Positions 8,492-17,137 of a stretch of 27,774 bases of DNA are shown piece after piece. Below the pieces are notes generated by a model. The model ran no database searches and was not told the origin of the DNA. It saw nothing but the letters and a program-made list of their open reading frames with translations. Where the stretch lies: positions 1 through 27,774 of the forward strand of contig CAVAAT010000026.1 of assembly GCA_963586925.1 (NCBI GenBank). Reading direction: 5' to 3'. Origin of the DNA: Erysipelotrichaceae bacterium. GTDB lineage: Bacteria > Bacillota_I > Bacilli_A > Erysipelotrichales > Erysipelotrichaceae. A program made the translations under genes and the position numbers. Numbering within the stretch: position 1 is the stretch's first letter; every line of letters begins with the position of its first letter.

Positions 8492-10849
8492 TCATTCATC
8501 TTTACCACCTTTTATTTGTTGGTATGCTATTTTTAGTCTTGTTGTCTTTTGCGGCTTATCAATATTATTCTTATCAGCAATCCTACAAGCAATTTCGTAA
8601 GCACTAATTGCTTCTTGGTATAAATTAAGTTCAATTAAATGATCAGTAAATTGTTCCAACACTCTTATAACTAAAACTGTACACTTTTCTCCACTTTCCA
8701 AGTATTTACAATAGTCATCAAACAACTTTATAGCATCATCTTTAGCATTATGTACAGTTAAAAATTCTAACAAATAATAAACTGTGTTGTAACCATATTC
8801 ACTCTCCAATTTATCAATAACATTTAAGATCTCATAACTCAAATAATTTCTATAGAAGTTGCTATTATTTTTGAAATCATTTGGTATACTTGCATTGTTT
8901 TTTAATTTATTTCTATTTGAATAAAAGAACCTAATATCCTTGAGCGCACCAATGTGATCATAACAAATCCGCTCCAACATTTTTTCATAATAATTCGACT
9001 TTACTGGGTCATCACTAAAAGCTAAACACCTATCATAGATTCGATACAAGCAATTACAGCTATCTAATAAACACAAAACTATTTTTATCTCATCATTAGA
9101 TAATTTTCTTTCTTTATCTTGTATGAACCAACTATAAATAAAACTTCCCCAATAACCAAAAGCCCCCAAAGAAGAATCTATGAGACTACTAATCATCTTC
9201 CATTTGGCGCCAAAATTCTGCCACTCCTCATCATCTTCAGCCCATTCTTTTTTGTGAATTTCAAATTCTTTCTTAAATTGACAGTATGATGCGATACCTA
9301 ATTTATCATTATTATAATCAAACCATTTTAATACGTAATCTAGCTCTTTTTCACAATAATCAAGTGCCTTTTTATCATCTCTCTTAATACTTGTCCAGTA
9401 TTCAGCAATATTATTTAATAAAATAGCATATTTTGGAAGATATTGGGCAGCTCTTTCATCATTTAGTAAACTTTCATACACTTTTATATCTTGGTCAAAC
9501 TTATCAACATTAGGCATTCTTTCTAAAGTTTCTTCGTTATTTTTACTATGGAATTTAGCACTCAAATAATTTACTTCTAATTTTTTTTCTATCGCATCTT
9601 TTCGAGTCATATCAATAGAATCATCTAACGATTTTAGAGTTTCAAAAAACTTAATCCAATCGCTAGTTCTATACATATTAGCCAATTTTAGTTTTTCGAT
9701 AAACTCATCAGCATGTTTCATATATTCATCGTTATTGACAAGATCTATTTGATAAGGCAAAGCATATTCTAAAAATTGATTTTCCTCCAAAATAGTTCTC
9801 ATTAATTCCTTTGATTGAAGATATCCATCATCAGCAGATCTCTTTAAACATTCAAAGCCTTTTCTGAAGTTTTTTTCAACATCAATGCCATTTAAATAAG
9901 CTAATGCTATGTAAAACAAATGCTCAGGATCATTATTTTCCTTAATACCTTTACTAAACAATAATTTTTTTAAATCTTCGCTGATTTCAACATAGTTATT
10001 CTTATCAATTGGATCTTTGATTCCAATAAAATTATGTTTCAATTCGTCCTTATTTGTTTTGTCAACCTCTATTGGTAATACTTCTTTACCTCTTTTTACT
10101 GCTTCAGGGTATTCAATCCTAATAACATAATTACCTAGACCATCATTGTACTCATTAATATTAGGGGTAACTAATAAAGCCATTAGCTTGCTTTTATCAA
10201 TATAGTGACTAATCTCATCATTGTAATCCTCACCTGGAGTCAAAAAATCATCCCACCAAATTGCTACATCTCTCATTGACTCATCATAATGAATAGTAGA
10301 CATTATTTCATTAACAAATCTTCTATCCTTTTTCCTATATGACAAAAAGATGTATGCATCAAAAGCATCTTGAACCTTTTTATATGTATTTTCATCAACT
10401 AGTACAGATTGTAAATAAATTTTTAGTTTATCTCTAAATGTTGACATATTCTTAGTTCTATCCAATATCTGCTTTTTAGACAATTCTTCTGGCAAATTAT
10501 CCCAATCTAAAGTCCCATCAACTAATATTGGTAATACTCTTGCACCTTGTTTTAAAGCAGTAGAAAAATCTATATTCCTTGCTCTTGAAGGCTTTTTTAA
10601 ATAACTATCAACAGTTATAGGAAATACAAATAACGAAAACTGTGATAGATCAGCAAAATAATCTAATTCTTCTTCACTACTAGGATAGAAATTCTGATCC
10701 CCTAAATAATAAATAGAACAATCAGCAATTTCTGATATTTCATCCGTGATCACTTCAAACCATTTGTTAAAATCATCAGGATGGCAAGAAAAGTAAACTT
10801 TATTTATTCCTTTTCCTTTTATTTTATACTTTACATTATTATCATTCAT
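8492..10849 (-). CDS. Tandem TIR-domain protein with a SEL1-like repeat and a long helical (TPR-like) C-terminal region; last gene of the operon
   Basis: 785 aa. TIR-like domain 1 is about aa 17-112 (KVYFSCHPDD ... RNIDFSTALKQGARVLPILV). TIR domain 2 is about aa 165-262 (YIFLSYRKKDRRFV ... VAIWWDDFLTPGEDYNDEI ... LMALLVTPN ... YVIRIEYPEAVKRGKEVLPIEV). A SEL1-like unit is at about aa 309-345 (LFYIALAYLNGIDVEKNFRKGFECLKRSADDGY). The remaining ~430 aa are helix-rich. A GAAGGGA SD precedes it, and it starts 2 nt after the upstream gene's stop. Confidence 0.8.
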   Translation of the reverse strand: MNDNNVKYKIKGKGINKVYFSCHPDDFNKWFEVITDEISEIADCSIYYLGDQNFYPSSEEELDYFADLSQFSLFVFPITVDSYLKKPSRARNIDFSTALKQGARVLPILVDGTLDWDNLPEELSKKQILDRTKNMSTFRDKLKIYLQSVLVDENTYKKVQDAFDAYIFLSYRKKDRRFVNEIMSTIHYDESMRDVAIWWDDFLTPGEDYNDEISHYIDKSKLMALLVTPNINEYNDGLGNYVIRIEYPEAVKRGKEVLPIEVDKTNKDELKHNFIGIKDPIDKNNYVEISEDLKKLLFSKGIKENNDPEHLFYIALAYLNGIDVEKNFRKGFECLKRSADDGYLQSKELMRTILEENQFLEYALPYQIDLVNNDEYMKHADEFIEKLKLANMYRTSDWIKFFETLKSLDDSIDMTRKDAIEKKLEVNYLSAKFHSKNNEETLERMPNVDKFDQDIKVYESLLNDERAAQYLPKYAILLNNIAEYWTSIKRDDKKALDYCEKELDYVLKWFDYNNDKLGIASYCQFKKEFEIHKKEWAEDDEEWQNFGAKWKMISSLIDSSLGAFGYWGSFIYSWFIQDKERKLSNDEIKIVLCLLDSCNCLYRIYDRCLAFSDDPVKSNYYEKMLERICYDHIGALKDIRFFYSNRNKLKNNASIPNDFKNNSNFYRNYLSYEILNVIDKLESEYGYNTVYYLLEFLTVHNAKDDAIKLFDDYCKYLESGEKCTVLVIRVLEQFTDHLIELNLYQEAISAYEIACRIADKNNIDKPQKTTRLKIAYQQIKGGKDE

Positions 10850-10851
10850 TT

Positions 10852-12024
10852 TTATTGTCCCTTCAATAATTCTCTTATCTTTTTTAACTGCACAGTATCT
10901 TTATATTGTTCTTCTTTACTCAAAGTTTCAAAAGGTACTATACAATTATGTTTTCTATTTTCTTTATCAGTTATTGGACTATAACTCCAATTATGGTAAA
11001 GATAAAATCTACACCATTGGATATGTTCTAATTCAGCAAATACATCAATACTATATTTTTCAAATTCTTCGTCAGTTACTTGCACATAAGGTTTTCCAGA
11101 TAGTTTTTCTGCTAGTTTTATGATCGTACACTCAAAGAAATCTACCACCGAAATATTGCTGCCTTTATATAATGGAGAAAGAGCATTCCATTGTTGTTGA
11201 GCATTCCTTTTATCTTCTTTATTATATGCTGAAGAAAAATTATGATTGACCGCTTTAGCTTTTGCTAAAGCATCCATGTTGAACACATTTTCTGTGGTAC
11301 ATACTCCTTCAACATAATTGAATACCGACAAGTTTAATTTGTTTACTTTTCCATAGCAATGATCTGCAAATAATTCAACATTAACATCACTATCTGAAAA
11401 TAAGACAATATTCCCTTTAGATATACAACTCATTATCGTATATAGTTTTTCTTGTAAGCCAAAGAATAAGACTATATCCGCATTTTCTAACAAATCCTTA
11501 TTTTCAAGACAACACTCATCATGATAGATGATATTTAATTCTTTAGATTTATCATGAGACAGATTGAATAATCTATGATCACCAAACAAATGATAATTTA
11601 CGACTTGTTTAGCATCATATATATTGACCATTAATCCCTCATATAATACTTGTTGAGCTAATCTATTAAATCCCACTAGAACAACATTCATTTTCTCTTT
11701 AACTTTCCCGTTTTCAAAAGCAAGATTTATAAGTGAATGCTCTTTCCAAAACTTTCTAGCAATAATCATTTCTATCGAAAAGAAATTAACATTTTCTAAT
11801 ATAGCATTTTGAAAAAATGAATGTTTGAGAAATACTTCTTTATCTTTGAACTCTTTTCTATGTTCATAGTAGAAATTCATATTTTCTTTATCATCAGCCA
11901 ATAAAACATATTTGTCAGCTTTGCTTAAATCAGATTTTTCAATATAAATAGTCCCTTTATAATGATCGATAAATTGCTTACTATAAATATTATCCCCATA
12001 TACAAATACTGACTCTTTTTCCAT
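10852..12024 (-). CDS. Rossmann-like (degenerate KTN/TrkA-N-like) protein with a C-terminal RyR (ryanodine-receptor repeat) domain
   Basis: 390 aa. The C-terminus AELEHIQWCRFYLYHNWSYSPITDKENRKHNCIVPFETLSKEEQYKDT fits the RyR-domain pattern (H..W ... GW.YG ... K.HP.LVP%..L...EK..D). It is preceded by LAKAKAVNHNF ... WNALSPLYKGSNISVVDFFECTIIKL, which resembles the linker seen in bacterial TrkA-N+RyR proteins. The mid-region VVLVGFNRLAQQVL looks like a Rossmann beta1-loop with a degenerate glycine motif. A strong AAGGAGG SD precedes it. Confidence 0.65.
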   Translation of the reverse strand: MEKESVFVYGDNIYSKQFIDHYKGTIYIEKSDLSKADKYVLLADDKENMNFYYEHRKEFKDKEVFLKHSFFQNAILENVNFFSIEMIIARKFWKEHSLINLAFENGKVKEKMNVVLVGFNRLAQQVLYEGLMVNIYDAKQVVNYHLFGDHRLFNLSHDKSKELNIIYHDECCLENKDLLENADIVLFFGLQEKLYTIMSCISKGNIVLFSDSDVNVELFADHCYGKVNKLNLSVFNYVEGVCTTENVFNMDALAKAKAVNHNFSSAYNKEDKRNAQQQWNALSPLYKGSNISVVDFFECTIIKLAEKLSGKPYVQVTDEEFEKYSIDVFAELEHIQWCRFYLYHNWSYSPITDKENRKHNCIVPFETLSKEEQYKDTVQLKKIRELLKGQ

Positions 12025-12052
12025 AGTTCCTTGCCTCCTTACCTACCTAAAA

Positions 12053-12115
12053 TTAAAGGCAGCACGTTGATATACATAACCTTAATTTTTGGTTTAGTCT
12101 ATTAAACATCATCAT
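12053..12115 (-). CDS. Possible 20-codon small ORF (MMMFNRLNQKLRLCISTCCL) in the only sizeable intergenic gap of the operon
   Basis: A GAGGGAGG SD (12120-12127) sits 4-10 nt upstream of three consecutive ATGs (12107-12115). TAA lies at 12053-12055. There is no comparative support, so this could be a leader peptide or spurious. Confidence 0.2.
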   Translation of the reverse strand: MMMFNRLNQKLRLCISTCCL

Positions 12116-12142
12116 GCTACCTCCCTCATTTATTGTGTTTAA

Positions 12143-12709
12143 CTAATATAATCCGCCAGAGATTGCTTCTACCAACTCATTACAACATTCTGATAGATCG
12201 ATTTTCCATTCTCCATCAACTTTTATCAAGTTAAGTTCCACTAAATAATCAACATCATCTGTTTTCTTTCTCTGTTCTGTAACTAACTTTTTCAGTTCTC
12301 TTTCTATCTGTTTTTCTGATTTACCATCGAGACTCATTGTCAATATTTTAGTAGGAACTAAAACCACCAAATTTGACACTATAACCTCCCAATTTTCCGT
12401 CGTGATTTTTACTTTAACTGTAGCATAATCACCATTCACTTCTTTATCAACCACTTTATATTCGAAATCCATGATATATTCAGAAATTATGTCTCCAATA
12501 TAATCTAGTGATTCACATTCTTCAATAATGTCAATAAAATCATGAATAACTGAATCTTGAGGATCTCCAAAGTACAATTTGTCTAAGATCTCTTCATCAC
12601 ATTTTCTGATCCCTTTGAATAAAGCTTTTGTAGTCCCATTAACAGAACTGCACCCTGTTAAACTAAAAACCATACAGACACTTAATAACAAGCATATTAA
12701 TTTTTTCAT
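12143..12709 (-). CDS. Small secreted lipoprotein (NTF2-like / DUF4878-like fold suspected)
   Basis: Signal peptide plus lipobox: MKKLICLLLSVCMVFSLTGC. The mature part contains GDYATVKVKITTENWEV ... LIKVDGEWKIDL, which is typical of small NTF2-like lipoproteins. An AAGGAGA SD precedes it, 5 nt after the upstream gene. Confidence 0.75.
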   Translation of the reverse strand: MKKLICLLLSVCMVFSLTGCSSVNGTTKALFKGIRKCDEEILDKLYFGDPQDSVIHDFIDIIEECESLDYIGDIISEYIMDFEYKVVDKEVNGDYATVKVKITTENWEVIVSNLVVLVPTKILTMSLDGKSEKQIERELKKLVTEQRKKTDDVDYLVELNLIKVDGEWKIDLSECCNELVEAISGGLY

Positions 12710-12714
12710 ATTAT

Positions 12715-13677
12715 TTATTCTCCTTCTATTTCACCACAATAATCAACTGGCAGTGGCCTCGTGGCATTTTTAAATGGACTATCCTTCAAAATAGATTGAT
12801 TCTTAATAAGATAAGCCGTTTTAAATCTCTTATAGCCAGTAGATCTTTCACTATTTTCCCCAGACATCAATATATCTTGTTTTACTGCCATTTCTTTATC
12901 ACTGACCATAAAGAAGTATTGTACCGTTGACCATAATGCCATACCATCATATAACTCATTAACAAGTTTTCCATAGCTCTTTTTGATTTCCTTTTTATTC
13001 CAATTAAGATATTGCCATATATGAGTTAATTGATATACCGTTTCAATCAACGCTTGAGTTCTAGGGTAATCCTTTTCAAAGTATAATAAGAAATGATTTT
13101 TTTGCCACAACACCAATGAATTGATCTTATGGTCTTTTGTATTTGAAGGTATCAATTGTTTTCCAGCTTTTTTTAATAAAGTGCTTTTATCAATTACCTC
13201 AATCCTTATATCTCCATTAATACTAATGCCAAAAAAGTTTTCCATATTTCTTTTAGCATCTTCTAACATAAGTCGATAATCTTTTTCTTCAATAAGTGAT
13301 GATCTATCACAATTAGTACACTTTGTCCTGCCATCTACAGTTAGTACAAAATCATTTCCCATTATATCTTCACTACAAAAATCACACTTTCTAGTTTGAC
13401 TATCATAAGGTTTAAAAACCTCTTTAATCCTATTTGCAGAGATCTTGTTTTTTCTTGCTTGCTTCAAAGGATTATTACCATACCCATTAGCGACAAGAAA
13501 ATTGCGTGTTTCTAGTGGAACTATCCTTTTTGGAAGATCCGATTGACCATAATGAATATATGCTTCTCTAAAAGCTGAAATTCCATTCACATCGGTAAAC
13601 CCCCCCACAGAAAATGATTTTTCTGATACTTTTTCCTCATTTTGTTCTTCTTTTTTATCATTCTGTTCCATCATCAC
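12715..13677 (-). CDS. Zinc-ribbon protein with a DA1-like peptidase-type module whose HExxH is degenerate (YQLTH)
   Basis: 320 aa. A CxxC ... CxxC zinc ribbon is present (C98-D-F-C101 ... C120-T-N-C123). Downstream, FEKDYPRTQALIETVYQLTHIWQYLNW ... LYDGMALW aligns from memory with the DA1-like ...lp..l.g.ilAHEmmHaW ... EGfc motif, with His-to-Tyr and Glu-to-Gln changes. The track start at 13677 is GTG. ATG 13674 or 13671 after the GAGGTGA SD is equally likely. The gene overlaps the upstream gene's end by about 14-20 nt. Confidence 0.55.
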   Translation of the reverse strand: MMMEQNDKKEEQNEEKVSEKSFSVGGFTDVNGISAFREAYIHYGQSDLPKRIVPLETRNFLVANGYGNNPLKQARKNKISANRIKEVFKPYDSQTRKCDFCSEDIMGNDFVLTVDGRTKCTNCDRSSLIEEKDYRLMLEDAKRNMENFFGISINGDIRIEVIDKSTLLKKAGKQLIPSNTKDHKINSLVLWQKNHFLLYFEKDYPRTQALIETVYQLTHIWQYLNWNKKEIKKSYGKLVNELYDGMALWSTVQYFFMVSDKEMAVKQDILMSGENSERSTGYKRFKTAYLIKNQSILKDSPFKNATRPLPVDYCGEIEGE

Positions 13678-16600
13678 TCACCTCATTGTCATCCACCACG
13701 CTATTTAATTCATCATCTTTGACCTGTTCAATTGAATTTGTTTCATTTTCCATTTCTTTAGAAGTCGAATGTTCTTCGTTTTCATCAATGAATTCTTTAT
13801 CACTATTTAAAGGTTGCTCTTTTTCTGTCTTACCAGTTTCTTGCTTGCTCCTATTTTGTTCAGATTGTTCTTGAACTGAATCATTTATCTTTTCTATATC
13901 TTGCTTTGATGGATCTATTTCTTCGCTAGATTCTGCATTATCTTTCTTCGATTGTTTTTCCTTAAATTTATCAAAGAAACTCTTTTTCTTTGGTTGTTTA
14001 GGTCGAGAAATGTTTACTGGTTCAATTAAAGTTTCTTCCTCTAGATCAATATTGCCATTTTCAGCCTTATCTTTCATTTCAAGATACCAATCAAGATAAT
14101 CGCAAATGATCTCTAAAATACGATCAATATTTCTTTCAACTGTTTCTATTAATCCAATGTCCAATTGACTATCTTCTACAATATAGATAGCATTCTCTTT
14201 CAGAATATCTTTTTGTTCACTTACATCATAAATCATATAAGTCAATGGTCCATTTTCCTCGTAAGGCACGAAAGTTAGAGACTCATAATCTTCATCTGTT
14301 TGAAAGGAAGTTAAGGCAACAATATAAGCACTATCTTGAGCAAACATTGTTCTAAAGATTTCATTCATCAATAAACAGATCGTGTATGAAATATTAGCAT
14401 TTTCTTTATATTCTGCTGATTGGTCAAATGACAAAGTCAATATACGTTTATTAACATAATGCCTCTCAGGTACAGACTCATTATCTGTATCAAATAAGAC
14501 TAAAGTTGATTCATTAATCTTGTTATAATGTTTCATCTTGTAATAACCTTGAGTCTTAACAGTAAAATCAGCATATTCACTTCCTAAAGTAATCTGATTG
14601 ATCTGTTTACTGTCTTTTCCTTTAGTCGACTTTGCAAATGATTCAAAGCCATAATCTCTTATCTGACGATACTCATAACGATCATCAATATGATCTGCTG
14701 ATCTTCTTAAGATTATTTCGTTCTGGGCAGATAATCTAACCATTTGATAATATTTGCCACAACGTGTAATAAACTGGCCAGGCAAAGTCTTTTGGAATAC
14801 TTGCGACACTAATTCAGTTCCTAAATAATTACCTTTTTCATATTCATCCTCTGCGACATAAGAAGCCAAATGCAAATCTGAAACAAATGCTTCAATGAAG
14901 TCTTTATTATCAATTGAATACAGATTATCATTCTTACCTTCTTCAAAGTTATATTTTTGACTGATCGATATTACATCAATATCAAATTCTTTACCATTCT
15001 TTTCTATTATTCTATTAGATACTTCTTCTACAGCTTTCTCATATTCAGAAGGCAAGTCCTTTTCTATAGCAGTACTAGTAAAGCACATGTAAATCTCATA
15101 CCATAATTGTTTCTTGATGTTTATAGCCTTTATACCAATAAGAGAGAATTCATCAACTATTTCTTTTTCGTAAACAGGATGATCGCTCATCATAAAGATC
15201 ATTGATAAAGCGAAGTTCCTATTTGTCTTAGCATAATCAGCTACGAAATTAGGAATAGCTTTTGGATCACTTAAAAATATATTGAAATTCCAAGCCATAT
15301 AATCCCTTAACAAATAATCAGGACAAATAACATTGACAAATCCTTGAGAAATACTTCTAGTAGAAAAATCCCTAACTAGTTCAAACAAGTTATAAACTTC
15401 ATCTTCTACTGTCAGATAACTTTCATCACTAATAGGGGCATCCCAATAGCCATTAGAAGTAACAAACTTCTTATCAATCAATCCTTGTTCACTCGGTAAA
15501 TCAGCATAAACTGCTAAGTCATGGTAGTATTGTTTAACGATCCACTTCATATCTACTACAGGGAACATCTCTCCCCCATACCATTTAGTCTGTGGTATCT
15601 TATTTTTAAGAGCACTAAATGATAATTCCGTACCAATACCTAAATATCTAGAAATATTAGCTATCATCTTATGGTGCATATATTCATCAGTACTACGCCA
15701 ACACATATATGAAACTGTACCTTTATGTTTATTTGTGGCAGATACTTTGCTGATAGAATTTAATAAGATGTGCGACATGGCATCAACAAGGCCATCACAA
15801 TTTTTCTCCGTCAAGCAATATACAAGTTTCTTTTCTCTATCTTTCCTTCTGCATTTTTTAATGATAAGATTCAAACCAATTTGAGCTGTTGTTATTAACT
15901 TACTTGGCTCAATAATAAAAACAAATTCCACATCTTCAAAAAATTCTTCATTATCTTGCATCAATTGTAAATCTGTTACATCAGATCTATTGATGATACC
16001 GATATTACCATCAAAACCTTCTTCTTTCAGATTACCAATTTTCCAAAAATAAGGCAGATTAGTCACCGATTTAACTCCTTCTTCCAACCATCTTACGATG
16101 TCATCTTCAATACCGTGTCTTCCTAATACAACCAACACCTTTTTATTTGCTAATAGGCTTTGCTGCATAGGATAAAAAGCATAAGGAATTAAATCATGAT
16201 AGAAAGGATCATTGAATAAAATACTTTTTCCTTGTAATAATTCTAATGATGATTGAAAATAATTTTGATCTAATGATAAACCTTTTTGCACTTTCTTTTT
16301 GAAAAACTTAGCAAACATCCTAATTTTATGATCATTACTTTTCTCATATTTTCTAAGTAATTGTTCTGCTGTTAATCCCTGATAAGAAGTATTTGAACTA
16401 GTTCCTTCACTTACCACATTATCTTTAAATAAAGAGTTCAATACTTTTCTCATCAATGAATAATTAACTGAGACTTTAACACCATTTTCGTCATCGTAAA
16501 CTTCTTTTAAGAATTCTTTCTTAGTCAAGCCATCTATAAAGAAGAACATTTCTCCTAACATAATGATCGAATAAGCTGGAATAAACACATAACTAAGTGA

Positions 16601-17137
16601 ACCATCTTCAACTAAATACTTTGTTATTGTCATTAAGATTAGACTAATAAGCAAACATGACCAATAAGCAACTTTAAAAAGTTTTCTAGTCTCAATTCTA
16701 TCTTCACTTAAAAACCAACAACCACGTTCACTATCATATTGGTAAATATTACAAGATATCTTTTCCATTAGATGATTATCTAACTTAACTATCTTTTTCA
16801 TGATAGCAATAGCAATCCCCTTAATAGTAATAAATACTAACAAGATTAATAAACAAATGATAAAGTCAATCCAAGTATCCCAATCTACCGAACGAATAAA
16901 GGAATCTATAACATCAATGAATTGTCCAATAGACCAATCAATTAAATTTAATAAGATGTTTCTTAATTTATGAACACAAAAAATAACTACAATAACGTAA
17001 ATACATCCAATAAAAGGCATCAAAAATTGCTTTACTCTTTCCTCTTGTGACAAATTTATCTTTTTTATCCACATACAATGGAGAAAAATCACTAACAACC
17101 AAGATCCTATTTTTAAAAACTCAATAATATTGTCCAT
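13658..17137 (-). CDS. Large polytopic membrane protein of unknown function (1159 aa) with an acidic disordered C-terminal tail
   Basis: About 5 N-terminal TM helices (e.g. WLLVIFLHCMWI, FIGCIYVIVVIFCV, FIICLLILLVFITIKGIAIAI, AYWSCLLISLILMTI, FIPAYSIIMLGEMFFFI) precede an ~800-aa soluble region with no motif I recognise. The last ~125 aa are K/E/D/S/Q-rich low complexity. A strong GGAGGAAA SD is present. The start overlaps the upstream stop by 17 nt. Confidence 0.8.
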   Translation of the reverse strand: MDNIIEFLKIGSWLLVIFLHCMWIKKINLSQEERVKQFLMPFIGCIYVIVVIFCVHKLRNILLNLIDWSIGQFIDVIDSFIRSVDWDTWIDFIICLLILLVFITIKGIAIAIMKKIVKLDNHLMEKISCNIYQYDSERGCWFLSEDRIETRKLFKVAYWSCLLISLILMTITKYLVEDGSLSYVFIPAYSIIMLGEMFFFIDGLTKKEFLKEVYDDENGVKVSVNYSLMRKVLNSLFKDNVVSEGTSSNTSYQGLTAEQLLRKYEKSNDHKIRMFAKFFKKKVQKGLSLDQNYFQSSLELLQGKSILFNDPFYHDLIPYAFYPMQQSLLANKKVLVVLGRHGIEDDIVRWLEEGVKSVTNLPYFWKIGNLKEEGFDGNIGIINRSDVTDLQLMQDNEEFFEDVEFVFIIEPSKLITTAQIGLNLIIKKCRRKDREKKLVYCLTEKNCDGLVDAMSHILLNSISKVSATNKHKGTVSYMCWRSTDEYMHHKMIANISRYLGIGTELSFSALKNKIPQTKWYGGEMFPVVDMKWIVKQYYHDLAVYADLPSEQGLIDKKFVTSNGYWDAPISDESYLTVEDEVYNLFELVRDFSTRSISQGFVNVICPDYLLRDYMAWNFNIFLSDPKAIPNFVADYAKTNRNFALSMIFMMSDHPVYEKEIVDEFSLIGIKAINIKKQLWYEIYMCFTSTAIEKDLPSEYEKAVEEVSNRIIEKNGKEFDIDVISISQKYNFEEGKNDNLYSIDNKDFIEAFVSDLHLASYVAEDEYEKGNYLGTELVSQVFQKTLPGQFITRCGKYYQMVRLSAQNEIILRRSADHIDDRYEYRQIRDYGFESFAKSTKGKDSKQINQITLGSEYADFTVKTQGYYKMKHYNKINESTLVLFDTDNESVPERHYVNKRILTLSFDQSAEYKENANISYTICLLMNEIFRTMFAQDSAYIVALTSFQTDEDYESLTFVPYEENGPLTYMIYDVSEQKDILKENAIYIVEDSQLDIGLIETVERNIDRILEIICDYLDWYLEMKDKAENGNIDLEEETLIEPVNISRPKQPKKKSFFDKFKEKQSKKDNAESSEEIDPSKQDIEKINDSVQEQSEQNRSKQETGKTEKEQPLNSDKEFIDENEEHSTSKEMENETNSIEQVKDDELNSVVDDNEVSDDGTE

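Noticed and set aside
15900-16300. Possible degenerate SF2-helicase/RecA-like core in the 1159-aa protein (LLQGKSILFNDP ... KVLVVLGRHGIEDD ... FVFIIEPSKL resembling motifs I, Ib and II)
   Set aside because: There is no intact Walker A (GxxxxGK[ST]) or DExx/DEAD box. The resemblance rests on hydrophobic beta-strand patterns only and is too weak to call without profile or structure searches.
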